DNA of 57,699 nt. Source: Malacoraja senta. Lineage: Eukaryota. Under the pieces are notes generated by a model. It worked only from the letters and a program-made list of their open reading frames with translations. It had not been told where the DNA came from and made no database searches. This document shows, one piece after another, positions 49,396 to 57,699 of the stretch. The stretch covers positions 6,302 through 64,000 of the forward strand of contig JAXLNO010003819.1 of assembly GCA_038087875.1 (NCBI GenBank), written 5' to 3'. The stretch's first letter is position 1. Each line of letters starts with the position of its first letter. The position numbers and the translations under genes are program-made.

Positions 49396-50020
49396 CACGG
49401 TGGCGCAGTGGTGGGCTGAGCCTGCACAAAAACTGCCAGTGCACCCACTCATGTATCACCGCGTCAGCGCAGCTTTGTCAGCATCGGCGCGTCCTCGTTG
49501 ATTGCTGCACCGTTCCCAACGCCAGTGTGTTTACTGTCATTAATACTCGATTTTTAAATATTAAAAACCCATGACAATTGGGTTGAAGAATAGCTTCTAA
49601 CAAACAAATATTAGGTTCTTGAACTCTACACAGCACTGAAAAATGAACTATGAAATGTCTTCGCTTGCATTAAGCACTTCATTCATCTTATGCACATGGA
49701 CTAGGTTGTTAATTTATTGAATTTTGTTTATTGTATATTATACTTCAGGCCTTGCCCCTCCTGTGACGCCGTGGAACAGAAAACAAAGGAGGTTTGAAAT
49801 GATTGGGCAACAAAAGCAATGACGTGATTGGCGGAATTAAGAAACTGAGTGAATTAGGGGAGTTGGAGAACAAATTAGCTCCGCGCCGACGGGATGTGAC
49901 GCTGTCAAGAATAAGCCAACGAATGAAGAACCTAGACCACAGCCCTTTCACAATATCAGATTAAACCTGTTTCCGGGTGAGCGCATTTCAGTTCATATTC
50001 ACTCTCAATGCAATTACAAC

Positions 50021-50852
50021 ATGCTGGCCGTGACAATTTATTGGCTTCTTACAGCTGCAGCTCTTTTAACGGGTAAGTACAAGACGTTTCCAAGCCTGAA
50101 TATTATATTACTGTGGGGCATGGTATTTAATCAATAAAATGCCTTGCATGCAATGGAATGACTTTAGAAAGTGAGTCAGTGAGGGTACAATAAACGAAGA
50201 GTACAATAAGAATATAGATGCAGTTCCGACCAAAGTGCTGTAAGGATTTTGAGATGAGTTTCCAGGTATATTAGACCACGCTCGTGTTCTAAGGTCGTGC
50301 GCTCAGCAATTCCTCTCCTCCTCCCGAGATGCAATGATCACGAGCAGGTGGCGAAGGAAAGGGGTGGATGATTTTTAAATATAGTTTCATTCGGTAATTC
50401 ACAGCGCGTTTTCTCCCACCTTCATTTAGGTTTGAGTGCAGGGAGATCTTTGTTGCCGTTCTACCTCAGATCAGTACCAGGATAAGGTGAGCGTGAGCAG
50501 AATGCGGTGATATTCTTGTTTTTAACTTCGTTCCCGGACTCTTGCAGAGCATTGTCGAGGCGACGCCGTTTCTCAGACACCAGTAGTGGTAACAATGAGC
50601 GAAGGGGATGATGCCCAGTTGAACTGCAACTATACAGCTACAAGCACGAACAATCTTGTATTAATGTGGTACCGGCAGTATCCCGGCGAATCCCTTCAAT
50701 TTCTGGTTCAGAACGAAATTCGAAGCCGCCCAGAAGAACAGTGCTGGAGAACGTTTGGCTGCGGAGCTCAACCATTTGACAGGAACAGTCCCGCTGACTG
50801 TGTCGCAAACGCGGCTCCGAGACGCGGCGATGTATTACTGCGCCCTGAGTCC
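50021..50852 (+). pseudogene. V pseudogene, lineage D (PGES variant)
   Basis: Leader 50021-50072, V exon 50548-50852, frameshift; 11-spacer RSS 50853-50879. Confidence 0.9.
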
Positions 50853-50926
50853 CACGGAGGCAGCGATTGTACATAAACTACCATTTCCGGATTTCAGTTC
50901 ATATTCACTCTCCATGTAATTGAAAC

Positions 50927-51627
50927 ATGCTGTCATTGACTATTTATTCGCTTCTTATAGCTGCAGCTCTCTTAACCGGTGTGTTCACGACGTTTCCAAG
51001 CCTGTATATTATGTTACTTTAGGGCATGATATCTCATCAATCAAATACATTGAATGCAATGGAATCACGTTAGAAAGCCATTCAATGGGAGGATAGTAAG
51101 TGAAGAGTACAAAGAGGAATATAGATGCAGTTCCTCAATAGGGATGTGAGGGGATTTGAGGCGTTTCCAGGTTAATAGCTGGAAACTGGCCCCGGCTGGG
51201 TAGAGTCCTGCAGTTGGAACACACCGGTGTTCTACGTAGGAGCGCTCTACGATTCCCCTTTTCCTTCCGGGACGCAATGATGACGAGCGGAGTGCGATGG
51301 AAAGGGTTGGATGATCTTTAAAGATAATTTCATTCGGTAATTGCCAGCGCCTACCCCCCACCTTTATGTAGCTTTTAGGGGAGGGGTATCATTAATGCCA
51401 TTGCACCTCGAATCAGTACCAGGATAGGGGGTATTTTCGAATATGAACACAGTAAGGTGATGTTCCGTTGTTTAACTTCGTCCCCGGATTCTTGCAGGGC
51501 ATTGTCGAGGCGACGCCGTTTCTCAGACCCCAGCAATGATAACAGTGAGTGAAGGCGATGACGCACCGTTGAAGTGCAACTACACAGCTACAATCACGAG
51601 CAATCTTGGACTAATCTGGTACCGTCA
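50927..51627 (+). pseudogene. V pseudogene, lineage E
   Basis: Leader 50927-50978 (donor gtgtgt), partial V exon 51498-51627. Confidence 0.88.
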
Positions 51628-51628
51628 T

Positions 51629-52044
51629 GGCCCTGTCCCACGGTGCGAGTCCACCCACGTGTGATCCCGAGTTTAAAACAAATCAAACTCGTGGTAATCA
51701 CGTAGCGGGAACGTCGGAACTCGTAACTCTAACGGCAGGTACTCGGGAAACTTGTTAACTCGTGAAAATCTTTCAACATGCTGAAAGATTTCCACGAGTC
51801 AGAGTTACTCTTGAAGTAAAAAAATTAAACTTTTAAACTCGTTGTAAGAACGTAGTAGCCCGTGAGTTTACCGTAGTGACTCGTGAGTCTACCGTGGGCA
51901 CTCTTTAACTCAGCTGGACAGGCAGCATCTCTGCAGAGATGGAATGGGTGACGGGATGACGTTTCCAAAATTCTGCTGCGTCTTTGTGTTACTCCAGCAC
52001 TGTGTGTTCACTTTTTGTCAACCAGCATCTGCCCTTTCTTGTGT
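51629..52044. mobile_element. MITE-like element plus repeat fragment (copy 6)
   Basis: Same sequence as 2780-3195. Confidence 0.6.
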
Positions 52045-52500
52045 ATGACATTATTTGTATCCGTGGCAGTTGATTGTCGCTCAAATACCAGGCTTTTAAA
52101 CACGGCAGAACACTAACCTATGAACTATGAACTGTCTTTCGGTGCACTTAGCAATTCAAGCTTTTTAATGCACATGGATTACGTTATTAATTTATTGTAT
52201 TTTGTTTATTATTTATCATACTTCAGGCCTTGTCTCTCCTGTGACTTCATGAAACAGAAAACAAAGGAGGTTTGAGATGATTGGCAACTGAGAAGCAGTG
52301 AGTTGATTGGCGGAATTCAGCGAGTGAGGTAAGTCGGGGGGGTTGGAGAACACATTCGCTCTGTGCCGAGGGGATGTGCCGTCGTCAAAAATAAACCAAT
52401 GAATTGAGAACCTAGACCACAGCTCTTTCACAATATCCGATTAAACATATTTCCCGATGAGAACATTTCAGTTCATATTCACTCTCAAAGCAATCACAAC

Positions 52501-53243
52501 ATGTTGGCCGTGATTATTTATTCTCTTCTTGCAGCTGCAGCTCTCTTAACCGGTAGGTGCACGGCGTTTCCGACCCTGGATATTATATTACTACGGGGCA
52601 TGATATTTAATCAATCAACTAGTTTGAATGCAATAGAATGACTTAAGAAAGGGAGTCACACCCATGTTCTACGGACGAGTGCTGAAAGATTCTCTTTTCT
52701 CCCTCCCAAGACAGAATGATGACGAGCAGAGGGCAATGGAAAGGGTTACATGATCTTTAAAGACAATTTAATTCAGTAATTCCCAGTGCTTTCCCGCCAC
52801 CTTGATGTGGGTTTTAGGGGAGAGTATTCTTTGCTGCCGTTGTGCCTCAGATCAGTATCAAGATATGCGGCATTTTCCAGTATCAACATATTGGGATAAT
52901 GCAATGTAATTTAATTTCTTTCCCTGGCCCTTGCAGGACATTGTCGAGGCGATGCCGTTTCTCAGACACCAGTAGTGGAAACAGTAAATGAAGGGGATGA
53001 TGCCCAGTTGAATTGCAACTATACAGCTACAAGCACGAGCGTCCCTGGACTAATCTGGTACCGTCAGTATCCCGGCGGATCCCTTGAGTTTCTGCTGCTC
53101 AGAACGACATTCAAAGGCGGCCAGAAGAACAATGCCGGGGAACGTTTTTCTGCGGAGCTCAACCATTTGACAGGAACGGTCCCGCTGACCGTGTCACAAA
53201 CGCGGCTCCGAGACTCGGCCATGTATTACTGCGCTCTGAACCC
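52501..53243 (+). CDS. TRAV: TCR V segment, lineage A, open
   Basis: Leader 52501-52552, V exon 52937-53243; 23-RSS 53244-53282. Confidence 0.9.
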
Positions 53244-53855
53244 TACGGTGGCGCAGAATTGGGCTGAGCCTGTACAAAAATTATCTGAGAACCCCGTCAG
53301 GAATCAGCGCGTAAGCGCAGCTTTGTCAGCATCGGCGCGTCCTCGTTGATTGCTGCACCCGTCCCAACGCCAGTGTGGTTGCTGCCATTAATACTCGATT
53401 TTTAAACATTAAAAACCCATGACAATTGAGTTGAAGAATAGCTTCTAACAAACAGACATTAGGTTCGTGAACACTCCACAGCACTAACAGATGAACTATG
53501 AACTGTCTGTGGTTGCATTAAGCAGTTCATAACTTATCCACATGGACTAGGTTGTTAATTTATTGAATTGTGTTTATTATTTGTCATACTGCATACTATG
53601 ACGCCATGGGACAGAAAACAAAGGAGGTTTGAGATGATTGGGCATCAAAAGCAATGATGCGATTGGCGGAATTAAGAAACAATGTTAATTCGGGGAGTTG
53701 GAGAACAAATTAGCTCTTCGCTGATGGGACGTGACGCTGTCAAGAATAAGCCAATGAATAGAGAGCCGAGACCACAGCTCTTTCACAATATCAGATTAAA
53801 CCTGTTTCCGTGTGAGACCATTTTGGTTCATATTCACTCTCAATGCAATTACAAC

Positions 53856-54727
53856 ATGCTGACCGTGACAATTTATTGTCTTCTTGCAGCTGCAGCTCTC
53901 TTAACGGGTAAGTTCAGGACGTTTCGAAGCCTGTACATTATATTACTGTAGGGCATGGTATTTAATCAATGAAATACTCTGCATGCAATAGAATGACTTT
54001 AGAATGGGAATCAGCGAGAGGACTAAACGAAGAGCACAATAAGAATATAGATGCTGTTCCCCACAAAGTGATGTTAGGAAATTTGAGGTGAATTCCCAGA
54101 AATATTGTTGGAAACCAGCGCCTATGGTGAAGCATCGGAGAGTTAGAAAACTCCCTTGTGCTAAGTACTAGCGCTCAGCGATTCCTCTTCCCCTCTCGAG
54201 ATCCAATGATGACGAGCAGATGGCGATGGAAAGGGGCGGATGATTTTTTAAAGATAATTTCATTCGGTTATTCACAGCGCCTTTCCCCCCCCATCTTTAT
54301 TTAGCTTTTAGGGGAGGGAGATCTTTGTTGCCGTTCTACCTCAGATCAGTATAATTAATATGAATATGAGCAGAATGAGGTGATGTTGTGTTTTCTAACC
54401 TCGTACCCGGGCTCTTGCAGGATATTGTAGAGGCGACGCCGTTTCTCAGACACCAGTAGTGGTAACAGTGAGTGAAGGGGAAGATGCACAGTTGAACTGC
54501 AACTATACAACTGCAAGCACGAGCATTCTTGGACTAATCTGGTACCGTCAGTATCCCGGCGGATCCCTTGAGTTTCTGCTGCTCAGAACGAAAATCGAAG
54601 CCGTCCAGAAGAACAATGCTGGAGAACGTTTTTCTGCGGAGCTCAACCATTCGACAGGAACGGTCCCGCTGACGGTATCACAAACGCGGCTCCGAGACGC
54701 GGCAATGTATTACTGCGCCCTGAACCC
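53856..54727 (+). CDS. TRAV: TCR V segment, lineage B, open
   Basis: Leader 53856-53907, V exon 54421-54727; 23-RSS 54728-54766. Confidence 0.9.
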
Positions 54728-55351
54728 CACGGTGGCGCAGAATTGGGCTGAGCCTGCACAAAAACTACCAGTGCACCCACTCATGTATCACCGCGTAAAC
54801 ACAACTTTCTCAGCATCGGCGCGTCCTCGTTGATTGCTGCACCCGTCCCATCGCCAGTGTGTTTGCTGTCATTAATACTCGATTTTTAAATATTAAAAAA
54901 CCCATGACAATTAGGTTGAAGAATAGCTTCTAACAAACAAATATTAGGTTCTTGAACACTACAAAGCACTAACAGAAGAACTATGAAATGTCTTCGGTTG
55001 CATTAAGCATTTCATGCATCTTATGCACATGGACTTGGTTGTTAATTTATTGAATTTTGTTTATTGTTTATTATACTTCAGGCCTTGCCCCTCCTGTGAC
55101 GCCATGGAACAGAAAAAAGGAGGGTTGAGATGATTGGCCAACAAAAGCAATGGTGTGATTGGCGGAATTAAGAAACTGAGTTAATTCGGGGAGTTGGAGA
55201 ACAAATTAGCTCCGCGCCAACAGGATGTGACGCTGTCACGAATAAGCCAATCAATGAAGAGCCTAGACCACAGCTCTTTCACAATATCAGATTAAACCTG
55301 TTTCCGGGTGAGCGCATTTCAGTTCATATTCACTCTCAATGCAATTACAAC

Positions 55352-56209
55352 ATGCTGGCCTTGACAATGTATTGGCTTCTTACAGCTGCAGCTCTCTTAA
55401 CCGGTAAGTTCACGACGTTTCCAATAATGTAGGGCATGATATTTAAGCAACCAAATACCTTGAATGCAACAGAACGACTTTAGAAAAGGAGTCCGTCTGA
55501 GGACAGTAAACGATGAGCGCAGTAGGATAAAAGATGCAGTTTCACAGTAATTGATGTTCGGAAATTTGAGGTGAGTTTCCACGTTAATTGTTGGAAAGCA
55601 GCCCCGACGGAGAAGCATCGAAGCGTTAGAACACACCGGTGGTCCCCGTACGAGTGCTCTACGATTCCCCTTTTCCTCCCCGGAAGCAATAACAACGTCC
55701 AGTACGATGGAACGGGTTGGATTATCTTTAAAGATAAATTTATTCGGTAATTCCCAGCGCCTTTCCGCCCATCTTTATTTAGCTTTTAGGGGAGGGGTAT
55801 GTTTGATGTCATTGTACCTCATATCAGTATGAGGATGAGGGGTATTCTGAAGTATGAGCTGAGTTAGGTGATGTTGTGTTATTTATCCCCGGACTCTTGC
55901 AGGGAATTGTCGAGGCGACGCCGTTTCTCAGTCAACGGCAGCGGTTACAGTGAGTGAAGGGGATGATACAAAATTGAGCTGCAACTATACAGCTACAAGC
56001 ACGGTCACTCCTGGACTGATCTGGTACCGTCGGTATCCCGGCGGATCCCTTGAGTTTCTTCTGCTGAGAACGACATTCAAAGGCGGCCAGAAGAACAATG
56101 CTGGAGAACGTTTTTCTGCGGAGCTCAACCATTCGACAGGAACGGTCCCGCTGACGGTATCACAAACGCGGCTCCGAGACGCGGCAATGTATTACTGCGC
56201 CCTGAGCCC
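55352..56209 (+). CDS. TRAV: TCR V segment, C/B chimera (C''), open
   Basis: Leader 55352-55403, V exon 55903-56209; 23-RSS 56210-56248. Confidence 0.9.
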
Positions 56210-56833
56210 CACGGTGGCGCAGAATTGGGCTGAGCCTGCACAAAAACTACCAGTGCACCCACTCATGTATCACCGCGTAAACACAACTTTCTCAGCATCG
56301 GCGCGTCCTCGTTGATTGCTGCACCCGTCCCATCGCCAGTGTGTTTGCTGTCATTAATACTCGATTTTTAAATATTAAAAAACCCATGACAATTGGGTTG
56401 AAGAATAGCTTCTAACAAACAAATATTAGGTTCTTGAACACTACACAGCACTAACAGAAGAACTATGAAATGTCTGCGGTTGCATTAAGCATTTCATGCA
56501 TCTTATGCACATGGACCTGGTTGTTAATTTATTGAATTTTGTTTATTGTATATTATACTTCAGGCCTTGCCTGTCCTGTGACGCCATGGAACAGAAAAAA
56601 GGAGGGTTGAGATGATTGGCCAACAAAAGCAATGGTGTGATTGGCGGAATTAAGAAACTGAGTTAATTCGGGGAGTTGGAGAACAAATTAGCTCCGCGCC
56701 GACAGGATGTGACGCTGTCACGAATAAGCCAATGAATGAAGAGCCTAGACCACAGCTCTTTCACAATATCAGATTAAACCTGTTTCCGGGTGAGCGCATT
56801 TCAGTTCATATTCACTCTCAATGCAATTACAAC

Positions 56834-57691
56834 ATGCTGGCCTTGACAATGTATTGGCTTCTTACAGCTGCAGCTCTCTTAACCGGTAAGTTCCCGACGT
56901 TTCCAATAATGTAGGGCATGATATTTAAGCAACCAAATACCTTGAATGCAACAGAACGACTTTAGAAAAGGAGTCCGTCTGAGGACAGTAAACGATGAGC
57001 GCAGTAGGATAAAAGATGCAGTTTCACAGTAATTGATGTTCGGAAATTTGATGTGAGTTTCCACGTTAATTGTTGGAAAGCAGCCCCGACGGAGAAGCAT
57101 CGAAGCGTTAGAACCCACCGGTGGTCCCCGTACGAGTGCTCTACGATTCCCCTTTTCCTCCCCGGAAGCAATAACAACGTCCAGTACGATGGAACGGGTT
57201 GGATTATCTTTAAAGATAAATTTATTCGGTAATTCCCAGCGCCTTTCCGCCCAGCTTTATTTAGCTTTTAGGGGAGGGGTATGTTTGATGTCATTGTACC
57301 TCATATCAGTATGAGGATGAGGGGTATTCTGAAGTATGAGCTGAGTTAGGTGATGTTGTGTTATTTATCCCCGGACTCTTGCAGGGAATTGTCGAGGCGA
57401 CGCCGTTTCTCAGTCAACGGCAGCGGTTACAGTGAGTGAAGGGGATGATACAAAATTGAGCTGCAACTATACAGCTACAAGCACGGTCACTCCTGGACTG
57501 ATCTGGTACCGTCGGTATCCCGGCGGATCCCTTGAGTTTCTGCTGCTCAGAACGAAAATCGAAGCCGTCCAGAAGAACAATGCTGGAGAACGTTTTTCTG
57601 CGGAGCTCAACCATTCGACAGGAACGGTCCCGCTGACGGTATCACAAACGCGGCTCCGAGACGCGGCAATGTATTACTGCGCCCTGAACCC
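56834..57691 (+). CDS. TRAV: TCR V segment, C/B chimera (C'''), open; RSS cut by window end
   Basis: Leader 56834-56885, V exon 57385-57691, heptamer CACGGTG 57692-57698. Confidence 0.85.
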
Positions 57692-57699
57692 CACGGTGG

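Larger units (their letters stand above)
2385..57699 (+). repeat. Tandem array of 40 paralogous TCR V units, ~1.48-kb period, with 6.8/8.3-kb higher-order repeats
   Basis: V exons recur every ~1.46-1.49 kb (0.95 kb for D to E). Unit order: E A B C B' C' D E A B C' D E A B C'' C' D E A B C'' C''' C B C B' C' D E A B C'' C' D E A B C'' C'''. Confidence 0.95.

Noticed and set aside
2385-57699. Regular periodicity suggesting a CRISPR array or a prokaryotic repeat system
   Set aside because: The period is ~1.5 kb and each unit is a spliced Ig-superfamily V gene with an RSS; there are no short repeat-spacer units or cas genes
1-57699. TCR diversity, joining or constant gene segments, IgH-like V, tRNA or rRNA genes
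   Set aside because: No FGXG-encoding J with a 12-RSS, no doubly flanked diversity segment, no C-domain exon and no structural RNA signature was seen

Overview
Vertebrate genomic DNA, not prokaryotic. The window is part of an unrearranged T-cell receptor V-gene locus, most likely TRA/TRD. The host is probably a cartilaginous fish, and its repeats suggest a skate or ray (inference). All segments are on the + strand. One V of a distinct family (374-809, 86-bp intron, 23-RSS, perfect CTCF motif just downstream) is followed by CR1 LINE debris. After that comes a ~55-kb tandem array of 40 V segments from a single family with a ~1.48-kb basic period: promoter, 52-bp leader exon, 384-520-bp intron, 307-bp V exon, 23-RSS CACGGTG-N23-ACAAAAA(C/T)T. 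The 40 segments fall into five lineages that I label A-E. They are arranged in higher-order repeats of about 6.8 and 8.3 kb, which are themselves duplicated at offsets of ~24.0 and ~30.8 kb. Reading the spliced frames by hand gives 28 open segments (including the lone V; the last RSS is cut by the window end) and 13 pseudogenes: 5 frameshifted D, 6 truncated E, one nonsense A and one 17-bp-deleted C. The last two are not visible in the ORF track. No TCR diversity, joining or constant gene segment is present. The main points of interest are germline CDR1/CDR2 shuffling by crossovers inside V exons, a sub-lineage with an extra Cys at IMGT 49, AGC-serine (AID hotspot) loading of CDR1, an RSS-proximal CTCF site, and a 23-RSS shortened to an 11-bp spacer. 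Alignments, counts and coordinates were made by eye.
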